A DNA stretch of 64,000 nucleotides from Epiperipatus broadwayi (taxonomy: Eukaryota > Animalia > Onychophora). The notes below the pieces were generated by a model. The model searched no databases. It was given only the letters and a program-made list of their open reading frames with translations, and had not been told where the DNA came from. Location of the stretch: NCBI GenBank assembly GCA_028023455.1, contig JAQFVV010000003.1, positions 25,792,001 to 25,856,000 of the forward strand. The letters are read 5' to 3'. The position numbers and the translations under genes are program-made. Below, piece by piece: positions 24,600 to 38,200 of this stretch (positions are counted from its first letter, which is position 1; each line of letters starts with the position of its first letter).

Positions 24600-25500
24600 C
24601 ACATAGATTTGCATGATCCAAGTGTATTTATTTTGTCTATATTGTGATAGCTAGGTGGCACTTTTTAATTTTTAGCAGTTAATTCAGAAAGTATTTCCAT
24701 TTTGCTACAAGTTGCATTTGACATTTTGTTTATCAATAATCAATCAACTGAGGATAAATCTTGATCAGTTTCTGATGACTTACCATACCAGATTTTAATT
24801 TTTTGTTATCTCTTGCAATAGGTGAGTCATCTTCTTCACTTTCCTGAAGGTTACATTTTTACCCCCCCCAGTCTTCTGGGCTTGTGTTTACATGTATGGC
24901 TTTGTTTATTAAGTAAAGTATTTTATCCTGAACATGTTGTAATTGCATCATTCATATTTTGTATATTTGTTTTATTAATTGAAATTTCAGGAATATTTAA
25001 GTAATTCATCATTATGTATTTTTTTTATTTTATTAAATCATTGTATATCAAGTGTTAACAATGTCATTCACTATGTATTTATTAATAATATTATCAATTG
25101 CTTGTCATCTTGGATTCTTGTTTGCTTTTGTTTGCTCAACCTGTGTATGTTTGGCATTAGTGTGTGTTAGTAGCAATTATATTGCATTGTGAACATAGAA
25201 GTTTAGGGCATGTGCTAATCATATGCCTCTTTACTAGCACTGAAAACATTGAAGTTTCAGTCTGTGAATAATTAAAAGAAGCATAGCTTCTTGATCAGAG
25301 ATTTTAATAGGTATTTCATTGAGGTCTATTTTTTATGTAATTTCATTTTAAATTCATTACAGTTGCTCAATACTGGTACAGGACTCTCTTTTAAATGTGT
25401 TGGTTGAAATCCAATGACTATACTAAAAAGAATCATAAGTTTATGAAAATCATCTATGTTATAATAAAGATAAATGTTTTTAATAAATCGATTATATAAT
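24600..25500 (-). mobile_element. Degenerate L1/Tx1-type ORF1 (gag-like knuckle) relic
   Basis: Minus-strand fragments PVLSNCNEFKMKLHK and KRHMISTCPKLLCSQC resemble a CCHC-knuckle region. Frames are broken. Confidence 0.45.
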
Positions 25501-26256
25501 TTTCTCAATGTTGATTTATATTAACCAGTAAATATTTATTGTGTTTTAATTGTTCTTTTAAATCTATCTTTTTGTTCTTGATTAAAAAAGTCTAGTATTA
25601 AATATCTGATTTGGATGGCATTTTATATATAGAATTCCACAGCATATATTTGTTTAATGCAATGACTAGTAATTCTTTATGAAAATAAAATAATGAACAG
25701 TTTGCAACAGTAATTGTCATTATAATTGATTTACCTAACGAATTATTTGTTTTTCTAACACTATGCTTTAATCTGTAATAATAATAAGGGATCACTCCAC
25801 TACATATGCACTGTATATTTAAACACTTAATGAATACTCTTGTTTCCAAAAACAAGATAAAGTCTTTTGAAAAGATAGAATGAATCCACTCTATCTTTTT
25901 AACATAAACATATATGCATAGGCAAAATCTTAAGCATTTGGAAATGAGAATGTGGAGATATTAAATAATCACTTTCAATTCCTTTTACTATGTTTTTAAT
26001 GAATGATGACTTGTAAAATTTTTACAATTGATCTATTTGTAAAGAAGCATTTAAATGAATTGAAAAGTTCTTTTGGAATTGTATCATTGAAATGTTCAGT
26101 AATTACCAAGTTTAAAACTATTCTTTTCAAGTAAGATTCTATTTCTTTATCCCCCCCCCCACTAATTATAAACTCTTTTAAAATAAATAAATATATTAAC
26201 TTTAAATAGTTCATAAAATTAATTATGCAGTCTAATTACAAGTACAGTTAATTGTT

Positions 26257-26966
26257 CTCTTTCAAGATAATTTTATTTGACCTATAAGTGAGTTACAAAA
26301 TTAAAAAAAATAACAAGAAGTATCTAGTCGATGTTACAGGGTGGTATATACAGAGAAGAAATGATTCAAAAGTCAGTAGAATATAACCTGTGGATGCACG
26401 GTGAATATTAATCATCTAGTCTATAACAAAATACCTTTATTTTCATATAAATTATTTAAGGGTTGGTTGGAGAGGTGCTGTTTAGACCAGTTGTGAATTG
26501 CCATGTTAATATGGCCAGGTATGGATCGGCCTCTCTCTTGTCTGTTTCTTGGATATTTTTGATTATGCTGAGAAAGCAGTTAATGATTTCGTTAAGCGGT
26601 AATTTTTGAAAGATCACCTTGCATCTGGTCAACCAGATGGCAAAGTTTATGTAGGTGAGAATTGCCCCTGGGTTCAAACCCTGCATCTCCATTCCCCAGG
26701 GCTCCCCATTAAGTGCTCTCCTCTTCATGATCTATATAAATCCCTTGCTTTTGAGCATTGAAGATGCACTGCCTGGGATCTCCATCCCTCTTCTTAATGA
26801 AAACATCTCTCACATCTCCTACATGGATGATGTGGTGATGTTTCTTAAATCACATGAAGAAATAAACATTCTTGAAAGCCTATTACAGCACTATGCTCAG
26901 ACGCATGGGCTTACCGTTAACAGGCACAAATCAGCAATTTGGAATATCAAAACAGCTAACAGGATA
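26257..26966. mobile_element. L1/Tx1-clade insertion with 5' inversion and 19-bp TSD
   Basis: TSD ACAAGTACAGTTAATTGTT at 26238-26256 and 26967-26985. Plus strand 26655-26966 encodes the RT core (IPQGSPLSALLF...SYMDDVVMF...GLTVNRHKS). Minus strand ~26660-26456 encodes an ORF2 C-terminus-like peptide (NFAIWLTRCKVIF...). Confidence 0.85.
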
Positions 26967-29170
26967 ACAAGTACAGTTAATTGTTAAACACAATTTAAAT
27001 GGAAAAATACTTATCAATACAACATGTCAGTACTAAATAATTCTGAAAACAAGGATACAGAATATATTTACACTGATATTGTAGCCTCAATGATATCTTC
27101 TTTATATAAAGGGAGAAAAATTACAATATTAACAAGCAAACACTTAGCTCTAGATTTCACCATTCTAATATCGAAGATTTTTTTAAAATTAGATATAATT
27201 CATCAAATATCAAATTCTCAAGCTATTACACCTAACATCAGCTAAATAGATGATATTATTTATTATTATTTGGTTTTGGATAAGGGAAATTAAAATGTCC
27301 AATTATGAGTGGCATGTTGATAATGATGATAATATATCTAAATCATAAAATAATTTTGGGAAAAGAGAAAGTGAAATGAAAAAACATAAAATCCTCTTCT
27401 TTGTCTTACCATTTTATATTACTTTAAATATAAAATCTTAAATTATATTTGAATTTTTCTTCAGTACCATTCCTCTTTTGCTTTAGACAATTCGATGTAA
27501 GCTACAAATAATACCTTAAACTTTTCCAATAAGCAACTTCAGAGCAACTATGAAGAAACAGACATTGCTCACTGAGCAAATCAAATGCCAGATAACAAGT
27601 GTTTGTATATATATTTTTCTTATTTAATATTTAGTTAGAATAGTCAAATTATGTTTTACAGACCAACAATGGATATAGGCTAGCAAACATAAAAAAAACC
27701 TAAGTTTGTAAAATCCTTAACCAATTAAAAAAGTTTCATAATCCTACCTAAATTAGTCATATCAGATATATGTGCTAACACATAAGACTAAGCATTGTAT
27801 ATATACACACACATTTGAATCAATATGAGATTATTGGCTGAGACAGTCGTACCAAAGAAAAAGATATCTTCGATTTATAAAAATCTTGATCTTGAGCAAA
27901 TATGACATAAAAAGCATGTATATAGTCATTGGCTTTGTTTATTTAAGAAAAGCATTTATTCCTATCTCTTATTTTAAAACTAATTACTATGAGCAACGAA
28001 AATATTCATAAATGAAAACAAAACGAAACATTAGGAACTTTAAGAGTAAAATGTATACTAATTTTATAACTGACACCTCAAAAATAGTTTAATTAATCAT
28101 GAGGTAACATGCATTTCTAATACTAACTACATTTTTAAATAAGTAACAAGAGACTATCATTATTATCAATATTAAAAAAGGGTAATAAATAACACTGAAC
28201 AAAATAAAGAATAAATATCAGTCTTGGTTTGTATCATCATGATAAAAATATGACAATGCTACAACCGTATTTATGATTTATAGCAGCGTTCAGTTAACAA
28301 TCTTAATGGAATATTTTTGTTTTATTGAGATTCCTTTTTGAATTTTAGAAATTGTCTACCAGTTCTTTTAGAAAAAGTACCATTTCAGTCCCTAAACTCT
28401 GTTTTGTTAGGAATTAAATCATTCATTTTAAACAATTTTTTTTCAGTATAAGTTTTATGTAAATCTTTTTATCCTTCAATATTTTTCTTTTTTCTTTATA
28501 AGACATTCAATTTTTGTAACACTACAAATTAAATGTTTCAATAAGCTGATAGTGTATTATATTTAGAGTCTGTAATATAAAGTAAAAGTTTAAAATGAGG
28601 ACAGCGATATGGATGAATATAACTGAAAGAAAATGATCAAAAAATCAAAATTATAATGACCAATCATATGCTACAAGATGTCAAGAAATTAATAATATAT
28701 CTAGCTTATGAAATTTGAGATAGATGAATTGGCATGTCAATGATTGTTTGCCATATGAGAAGCCCTGAAAAAAAAAGATATAGTAAATATTAATAATTAC
28801 ATATACGTTTTAATGGTACAAGGTATGTGATGAGATAAGCTTTATTATGCTCTTCAACCTGACTGGAAAATTAAAGTAGTACATAACTGGGAGTGAGAAA
28901 GAATAAAGTTGATTCTCTAAATGATAATTTGTATAAAAAATCCCTTATTCAAATGCTCTGTAGGTTCTCTACACCTAGATCATAATAGTACAAAATAGGT
29001 TTTAACTTAAATAATTGATAGGCAGAGAACAATAAATTGTATCTAATATGTGACAAATTCTAATGGCAGTTAATATGAGAATATGCTAGCTTTCAAAATG
29101 ATAAACCCTAAAGAAATCCAATTCATAATAGTGCTGAAAATAATATGTTCAATTTTATTATTTCCCTATA

Positions 29171-30496
29171 CAACCGGGTCTCATTTTATGTGGATTTATT
29201 TAATGCGATTTTGAAGTTATACGATTCATGTTTCTTCTTAATATTTTTGTATGTGGTTTTCTTTTATGCGATAAAAATTATTAGATCAGAAGTTGAGCTC
29301 CAATAATGTGCTATTACTTTAAATATTATAAATTTTGCACACTCACATGTCATATTTAAAGTAACAGTGCATTATCGGAGTTCGACTTCTATCTAATAAT
29401 TTCAATATTTTCAGCGCTTTATAATAGTACTGTAATAGATTTTATGCAATAAAGAAGTTCATAATTCACTTAAAATCAGTATTTCCCTATTTTATAAACA
29501 CACATTAAATTTTACAAGATTATAATGTAAATCTCTTCAAACATTATAGATGTCTATACAATGCTTGTTGTTGTTTTTGCATTTTAAATCACATTCTATT
29601 TTTGCTTTTTAAAAAAGGAGTACATAATCAATTAATCATTTAGTGTCTGCATGTTTATTTTTAAAAGGTGAGTAATAGCAGTGGGCACAATTAAATTTGA
29701 CAATTAAAATCTGATTTTTAATTATAATTAACAATTTAAAAATTACATAACGTGATCTGAAATTAATGTGACACGAAAACAGAATTGAAAATTAAAAAAT
29801 AAGAATTTAATTTTTAATTGTTAGTTTTAATTAAATTTTGTCCAATAGTGGTGAGTTGACGTCTTTTTATTACCATAAGTCTAAGTTCTAATTTTTATTT
29901 TAAATCTTTAGTTTACTCTATCGGAGAGAAAAAAACACCCAAGAAAATGAATTTCTTTGGAAACAAAAATTTCAATTTTAAATCACTTAGTGAAATTGGA
30001 AGGATCAATAGTGATTAGAAAACATTTAGTATGAGTGAGTCCACAATAAGGGCAATTTAAAAAAATGAAGTTGGCACTAATTGTATTTCTTCTTGTGACG
30101 AATCTGATTTCTTACCAGTTTACAAATGAACCTGCATATCGTCAAATAATGATGATGAATAAAATACTGTATATGTATGAAAAAATGTAAAACACACATA
30201 AAAATATATTGTTTTCAATAAAATTAAATATTGTAGTTAATAAAAAAAAGTAAAAAAGTTTGTTTTATATCAATTTTTTTCAAATCTGAAATTTTTTATT
30301 AGTCATATTTTATTTCCTTATTTTCTTTATGCGAATTTTTAAGTAATTTTATGTTGTTGCTTTGCTTTTATGCAATTTTTGAAAAGTACAGTACATACCC
30401 CCCATTTTTTAAGGTAAGTTAAGTCTATTTTTGTGCAATTTCTTTTGTGCGCATTTTCTGAGGAACCTATCTACCACATAAAACAAGATTCACATG
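29171..30496 (+). mobile_element. pogo/Tigger-like (Tc1/mariner superfamily) deletion derivative
   Basis: TA flanks. Ends are homologous to those of 51456-52662. A relic HTH peptide SEIGR..FSMSESTIRAI*KNE lies at ~29991-30070. Confidence 0.75.
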
Positions 30497-30754
30497 TACT
30501 TCTAGAGTTTAAAATTAAAATTCATGGGTGAGACTTGAGCACTTGTTTAATATAAAATAGAAACAAAGGGAATATTTTATGGAATCTAAACTATATTTAC
30601 AAACCAATTAAATATAAAGAATTTATTTAGTATTTTAAATCACTAATGTTAAACAATTTAGCTGTTTATTGAGGTTTGTACAAGTAATCAGTAACATTTC
30701 AATATTCTCAGGGTAAAATAATTATGTGATTAAAAAAAAATTATACTAAATCAT

Positions 30755-30802
30755 ACAACTGGAATACAGGCTTATTATATACCTGTAACAATATATATAT
30801 AT

Positions 30803-30847
<45 letters not shown>

Positions 30848-31838
30848 GGATATATTAGCACAGACTTTCACATGACCCACCACTGTCTATCTCATATCAC
30901 TGAATATACTTGAACACATATATGTCAAAAAGATAAATAATCACCAATATACATATTTCATGCTAAACCAGCAATCATCAGTTGGTCCATATTATCATCT
31001 CTACACATATATGCAATAAGTGCTTAAATACATATTAAGACAGCCAATCTTCATACTTTAATGGAGAGGCTTCAATCCGCTCCACACTTCAACTCTTCAA
31101 CCATCCACCCAATTGAAAATCTGATGATGGAAATGCTCAAAGGCCACCTTGAGGCTGAGATTCTTCACACCCATGTTGACCGAAAATGACCCCTCATGTA
31201 CAGGACATAATCCATTTAATACATGTACAAGAGATGGCCAGACATCTATAATATGTAATAACTGAATTACAGGCTCATTATATATCTGTAACAATATATG
31301 TAATATATAGGGTATATGAGCACAGACTTTCACATGACCCACCACTCACCACTCTATCTCATATCACTGATACACTTGAACATATATATGTCGAAAATAA
31401 TCACCAATATACATATTTCATGCTAAACCAGCAATCATCAATTGGTCCAGATTATCATGTTCTGCTCATGAGGGGTCAGATTAACTTTAGGCCAACATAG
31501 GTGTGACAAGAATCTCAGCCTCAGGGTGGTCTTTGAAATGCTCCATCACCAGATTTTCAATTGGATAAATGGTTGAAGAGTTGGAGTGTGAAGTGGATTG
31601 AAACCTGTCCATTAAAGTATAAAGATTGTTTATCTTAATATATATCTGAGCACTTACTGCATATATGTGTAGAAATGATAATCTGGCCCAACTGGTGATT
31701 GCTGGATTAGCATGAAATATGTATATTGGTGATTATTTATCTTTTCAATATATAGGTGTTCAAGTGTATCAGAGATATGAGATAGAGAGATGAGTGGTGG
31801 GTCATGTGAAAGTCTGCGCTCATATACCCTATATATTA
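30755..31838. mobile_element. Family R1 tandem plus inverted retrozyme-like insertion
   Basis: Direct period of 460 bp (TCACCAATATACATATTTCATGC at 30941 and 31401). Orientation flips at ~31460. Three hammerhead copies, and an internal (TA)n at ~30805-30843. No TSD found. Confidence 0.8.
30943..30986 (-). ncRNA. Minimal type I hammerhead ribozyme motif (core intact)
   Basis: Minus strand: ACCAA-CTGATGA-t-TGCT-ggttt-AGCA-t-GAAA-TATGTA-TA^TTGGT. Helix I is ACCAA/TTGGT, helix II is TGCT/AGCA, helix III is short. Predicted cleavage after AUA, between 30948 and 30947. Confidence 0.7.
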
Positions 31839-32039
31839 AATAACTTTAAATAAATCGATTGGTTGATCATTTAGCTATGATATACATTCTCTTTTCTTTT
31901 TAGAGTGGCAACAATAACAAAATAACAAAGCAACAATGTCCATTTAATTTCATAGGTTTTCCAATTAATTTCTGAGAAAATTCATGTTAAGCATTATTTG
32001 GTAATGGTATATTTCTTTCATTCCTCCCCAAATTAGTCA

Positions 32040-34050
32040 GGAGTCTCCACAGTGAGGAACATTGCCATGAGGATCTGCTTAGTTTAATGTTCAGCCTTTA
32101 GATATGGCTGCCAATGTTGTGAATAAATTTATTAGTCCTACTATTATTAGGATAACTTTAGGTTGAGAATTCACATTTTGACCATATCTTTAATCCTCCA
32201 CATTCCCTCCAAGATCTCTGTATGACAACCTGTCTTCTCAACTGGCAATTACTTCTGGTGCTTCTTTGGATATGACTTGCATATTGGCTCCTAGACCTAT
32301 TGTAATTTATATTGGCAAGTGCATTGCTTTTGAATTAAGTGCTCTGTCACTTGCATTCTCAGCAACCTCTAATGTTCCCATCAACAGCAATTAATATCTG
32401 CTTGATATGGTGAGGTAGATTCCAGCACAAAATACATACAATCTGGGTCTCAGATGAGCAGAAAGTAGTCAGTGTCTTGAACTTGGAAACTTGTTGCCTG
32501 AAAAACTGAGTAGAGTTCCCCTTATGGCAATTATATGTATGAAATTTTGTTTGTCCTTGTTCCAAAAATTACCCATAATGGCTTTTCAATAACCACCAAA
32601 GGTCTAATACTTTTCAAATAATGACTGCTACTAGATCTTTGCAGAGGCATAGAAATGACAGCTGGAAATCATCATTTTTTTTCTTAAGTGCACTCAAAGT
32701 AAATAACTCTTCTAATGTACTGCAATACTCAAAGGGATTCTTATTATATTCCCCTTTAGAAACATTCACACAGATAATCCATGAAGTACTGAAAGGAATA
32801 TGACAACCATTAGTCCTTTGAGTTAGATTTTCATGATAAACTTTCATCAGTATTTGTCATAACCCCATCATCATGGAATTGACTGAACATAAGATTGGGA
32901 TTTCCCCTATATTCTTTATTTACAGTGATATTATTTCAGGGTGACTTTTGATTTCTATTGCATGCCCACTTTTAATTTGCTGTTTCCAATTTAAAATCTT
33001 GCATTTCTTTCTTCAAAATTACAACATGGTTACTTTTTATTTGTATCACTGACTTTGATTCTTCCACCTGATCATATATATTTGTTACATCTTTCTGCAT
33101 CTCATGTCCACATTTATCAAGATTATCTGCCTTATCTGGTTTTGTACCCTCATTAATTTCCCTTAATTTAAGTGAAAATCTTCTAACTTGGTATCGATCT
33201 CCTGAAAATGGCTGGGAACTGTGCTAATGATAATATCAATGTTTTCATATATCTCATGTACTTTCTCATCATTAGGTTCATGGACTGCTTTTCTACAATA
33301 TTCTTGATTAAACTTGAACAGTTCTTCCCTTTGAAAGTCAACTGCATTTCTGACTTCAGACATCATTTCTACATATATTGTTTGGACAGAGCACTTGTCT
33401 CACATCTAAAAAATTTAAAATTCATTTATAAGAGCCCTATTTTCAACAATCATTTACTTCTGCAAATCTTGGCACTCCCTTCAAGATTCTTCAAACTTTG
33501 GGCCTCAGAGAAACAGCTTCAACTCTTAAGTCTTCTCAGATAACTACTTCTCAGCTCTGGACTCTTTTAATTCTTTGGCAAATTTGCCCTCTGATTCTTT
33601 AGATTTAGTATTTATTTCTGCTTCATATCCTTTGAGCTAGCATCTAACTTAGCTTCAAGACCTTCACAATTTTTTTGAGTATGCATCAAATTTCATATCC
33701 ATCTTGATAGAGTTGGTATCTATCTTGACACTTAAATCCCATCTTTTATTTCTTTTACATTGTGAGAGTTGGCATCTATCTTAGCATTTACTGCCTTTAA
33801 CTTTTTAGAATTGGAATTTATCATGGAAGAACTAGCATCTATCTTGGCATTTAATCCTTGGAACAAGCATCTAATTTAAGATTGAATTTAGCTTTTAGTT
33901 CATCTTTCATTTTCTTAATCACATTCAGAATATCTAACAAACTAATGTTTAGCCTTCTAACATTATGTCATTAGTATCTACCATAATATTTAATATTAAA
34001 GTGTTTGGTCTCCTAACATTGTGTCATTAGTATCTGCCATAATATTTAAT
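32040..34050 (-). mobile_element. Degenerate LTR-retrotransposon gag-like ORF
   Basis: Coiled-coil-like N-terminal fragments (LEAKLDASS...). Capsid-like fragment EQGQTKFHTY...ETQIVCILCWNLPHHIKQIL. Knuckle-like RECGG near 32200. Many stops. Confidence 0.5.
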
Positions 34051-34119
34051 ACTAAGGTTAGTATACAACAAATTCAAAATAATTAAAGATATAAATCCTA
34101 AAAAAATCTTCATATTCTC

Positions 34120-36290
34120 ACAACATGGGAAATTGCACTTTATTTGCAAAGCCAAGAAATCGCCATAATGTAAATAAATTCAACTAGCTCAACTTAGTTG
34201 GATTAAATGAACTTGTTTAATCTGTGGTGAAAAGGCTAATTTTCAACCTGTGCAATCAAGAAAAGAGTGAAACAATAATAGATTATGCAACTGAGCTCCT
34301 GAGTGAGGTCTTAGCCTGTGACTTTATAATATTTCTTGAGGAGAGGTTTAGAGATAATTTCATAAGTAATATGCAGGACCATAAGCTAAAGCTAAAGTTA
34401 TTAATGGATTCCAGATTGACATATAAATCAACTGTCATCCCCCAAAATCTGAAATTAATATGACTCAACAAAACGAAGTCAAAGAACAAGTACCAATTCA
34501 GTTGCAATCTTAAACACTATGCTAAAAGTACAGTTGCTAGTAAGAAAAGATCTTAATATCACATCACCCAGTGTCCACATAATTGTCATTTATGCCAATA
34601 AAGGAGTCACACTAAAGCTGCTTATCTTTCAAAAATGAAACAGTCAAATAATAGTTCATGCAATAGAAACAAAGTCACCAATTGTTTAATAAAAAATTCA
34701 ATGACAAAACTCTTAGATTGATTGTAAGTGTTATCATTTAAGATGCAAGTAAGTATTCACAATACTTTTATAGCAATAGAGAGTGACAATGTTTTTGCCA
34801 TTCCATCATATTTAAAAACTGTTGAGTGAAAATAAATGAGAATGAAAAGGCAGTTCTCCATCCGACATCTAAATTAATATATGACTACCAGGGAGATTGA
34901 TTAAGCTTTTAAAAAATAGAAATGCCAGTTCAAAGAAGATCTAAATAAATACCTTATCCTATAAAGAGCACAACAACTTAATGACCATTCTGGTTCTTGG
35001 GTTATTCTCTAGTGAGCATTATTAGAACTAATCTTATATTATTGTGAAGATACACCCATCTACCTGGTATATTAATAAAAATATAAGGCTGGTCATTTGT
35101 CATTGTCAAATATTGTGCTCTGCATTAAAATCAAATTTACTAGGGTTGTATAGATTACAGGCTAATGGAGTTATAGAACCAATATTGTACCCTGAATATG
35201 TCTATAGTATCTATTATTAAAAAGAACAGAGAATATATATTTATGATGAACATTTATGCATAGTGAATAAGGTTCTGTCACTTGATAATTACTTTCTCCC
35301 TTAATTAAAAAAATACTCTCTACCTTCAAAAATTGATCTCAGGTATGCCTACCTCAATTATAAGTTGATATTAAAGTCTCATTATAACCCACTAGAGTCT
35401 GCATAGAGTCAATAGATTATCATTTAGAATTATAGAAATTCCAACAATATTTCATCAAATAGTTGACAACTTGCCATTGGAATATCCCTGTTTTAATGAT
35501 CTCCTGCTAGTTTCCAAAAGTAAATGACAACATTGGGAGATTAATGGAAGAAGTCAATAAAATGTTCTGATAAGTGTGTATTCAATGACAAAGAAATAAA
35601 AATTTATTCTTTACAAGGTGACAGAAAAAAAAAACATAAAAGTGAAACAAATGCTATATTGAGAGTGAAAACTCTCATGAACAAAAAGAAGTTCCAGGTT
35701 TTATTAGAAACATGAAAGTTTTATTCAGAACAAGCAGAAGCTGCTGAAATCATTATATGGCTGGATAAAATAGAATTAAGCTATTACCTAATTTTAAAAA
35801 AATTTAGTCAACTCAAATGAGTTAGTCCATTATGATACAAGTGGAGAATTGCTGTTCTGTGGTTATCAGAGTAAGTTTACCTCACTAGAGCAAAGATAGA
35901 TCAAACTTACCCATTATATTTATATCTATATCTTGACCACAGCTGAGAGAAATTATTCTCAAATGGACAGAGAAGTTCTTGCATTGATTGTAAGCAACAA
36001 AAGTTTCATCAGTATGATTATGAAGATCATACAACTACAAACAGACCACAAACTCCTTCCTTGTATATTTAGTGTTAAAAATAGGAACATGTCTCACCAC
36101 ACATGTTGAAATAATTTACTTTTTTTTAATGCTTATGATTTTAAAATTTTATATTACACAAGTAGAGAGGAAAAGTCTCTTATATTGACACACTCAGTCA
36201 ATTGCCTGATAATATTGAATATGAAAGGGGGCTAGGGACAATTAGTTAACATGATTAATTTAAGAAATAGTGACATCATAAATAAAAAAT
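34120..36290 (+). mobile_element. Degenerate Ty3/gypsy gag-pol (gag, RT, RNase H)
   Basis: gag: KRLIFNLCNQEKSETIIDYATEL..CDF..LEERFRDNF. RT: LQANGVIEPI...KIDLRYAY. RNase H: LTTAERNYSQMDREVLA...QTDHK, followed by IDTLSQLP. No LTRs recognised. Confidence 0.85.
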
Positions 36291-36999
36291 GGTAGCCCTT
36301 TGCTTGTATTTGTTTAGAATTAAATGAATTCACAGATGTTGCAACAACTTATGATATTGTAAATATTTAGAAAAACATGAGAGATGAGATGTTAATATCT
36401 ACATATGAATAATAACAATAGTAATGACTTGTAAATAAATTTTGAAAAAAGAGAAAAATAAAGTGAAGTAAATTTAAAAATAAATAAGATGAGAGTAATT
36501 TAAATTTATAATAAAATTGACAATCTTTTGGGGGAAAAATTTTTTTTTATATGTAACTTACATTTTTTTTTTTAAAAAAAAGATATTTTGAGAAAGACTG
36601 GATGTAGGACAAATGATGGTGGATGGGATAAAAAAAAAAAGGTTAATTCAAAAATTTGGCCAATGTGCAGGAAATGAAGCCACTTCGATTTCCTTAAATG
36701 ACACCTTTGAGAAAGTTAACTGCCATGCCTAGTCACCAGATTATTTTCTGGAATTCCCATGCAGAATAATCATAAATTATATAAATTTAATCGATGGCAT
36801 ATTTCCTTCATTTCATCCTATCTTCTTCTACCTCTTTTCATCCACCGTTCTCTCACCAGAAGATGTCATAGCTATTTAATAATTTTTATATTCACCTGGT
36901 ATTTTCAATACTTCTATTATTTATATAAGATAAAACATATTCGAAATAACCAACTTCTTGACAAAGGCTGTTCCACTAGAGTTCCATAAAATAGTAGTA

Positions 37000-38200
37000 A
37001 AAGAGAAAGAATTTTCACTAAGCTTTCCAATTTTCGAGTTAGAAACTAAAGCGGTTTTCTATAAACTAATCAGTAATGGATGGTTAACTAATTGGATGTG
37101 AGTCAATTAGTTTTTAAAAAAAAGAATCCTAGCCTTATTCTGCCCAGATATAAATTCATCCTATATGCTTTAATAAAAAATGCGCAGTAATTACATCACG
37201 ACTATTTTTATTATATATACACACATGTGTATGTGTGATTAATTCGACCCTACACATTGTACATAATTTTATTATTAATGAGTCTAAAATCAGAGCAAAA
37301 TGTACCAATTAAGGTGCAAAAAATAAAAAAAGATTTTTTTGTTGTTATTCAGCACATTTTAAATGTTTTGGAAATGTAAAATACTTTTTAAAACCTTTAA
37401 CAATTTTCTGCTAAAGCATTCCACCTTCTTAAAATACCGAACACAAATTTACTACACATTTAAAAATTTAACGCCCTCTCTACTACCTCTTCTAAACACT
37501 CCCTTGGCAGTCATTTCAAGAGCTTAGTTTTTAAAATCATTTTATGCGTCGCATTAAAAAAAAAAAAACACCATAAAAAATATGCAATTAAATTTTTAAT
37601 AATTTTCGATTTGTTAATAATAAAAAAAAACTTTAATTTTATTGTATTTAATTTTTTTTTATTTTAAATGTTCTAGAATAAAATTAAAAAAGTTAAAACA
37701 CATCATTCCTCCGCTCAGCAAAAAGAATGTTCCCTTGTTGCCAGATTTGGAAACACTAAATAGTAAAAAGCATCAAAATACTTAGAATCCTCCATATAAG
37801 ATTTCTAACACAGTTGTTCTGTTTAGAGAATTTCGTTGTTTTCATTATTCGAATAAAACTAATTAAAATCTTTGCTAACATACTGACAAATATACATTGT
37901 ACAGTCAGGTTAGAAAGTATAAGAAATTTCACTCATTACAAAACGAATATTTTTGTGTGCATTACAAAAATATGTAGTGTATGTGCGCACACAAATATAT
38001 TACACAAAGAATTAAACTGGACAACAGAAAATACAAAATAATGATTAAGCACCAGATAAAAGTTGAAAATAATTCATGGAAACAATGCCTGCAGGAGTAG
38101 GACATTACCATCCCCTCCATTAAACCGCATTATATTACTATTATCTATAAAAGTATATTAATTTTACAATCAGTGCATTATCGATTGACTCTGATTATCC
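37000..38200. promoter_or_regulatory. CpG-retaining patch
   Basis: Repeated CpG (for example ATGCGCAG, ATGCGTCGC, GTGCGCAC) against a depleted background. Confidence 0.3.

Noticed and set aside
31115-31165. Second hammerhead candidate in the R1 unit (CTGATGATGG...)
   Set aside because: No GAAAC in any copy and no consistent helix I.
31570-31700. R1 unit as an L1/Tx1 zinc-finger fragment (ETCPL...EHLLHIC)
   Set aside because: The resemblance needs frameshifts, the second cysteine is absent, and it is not conserved in other copies.
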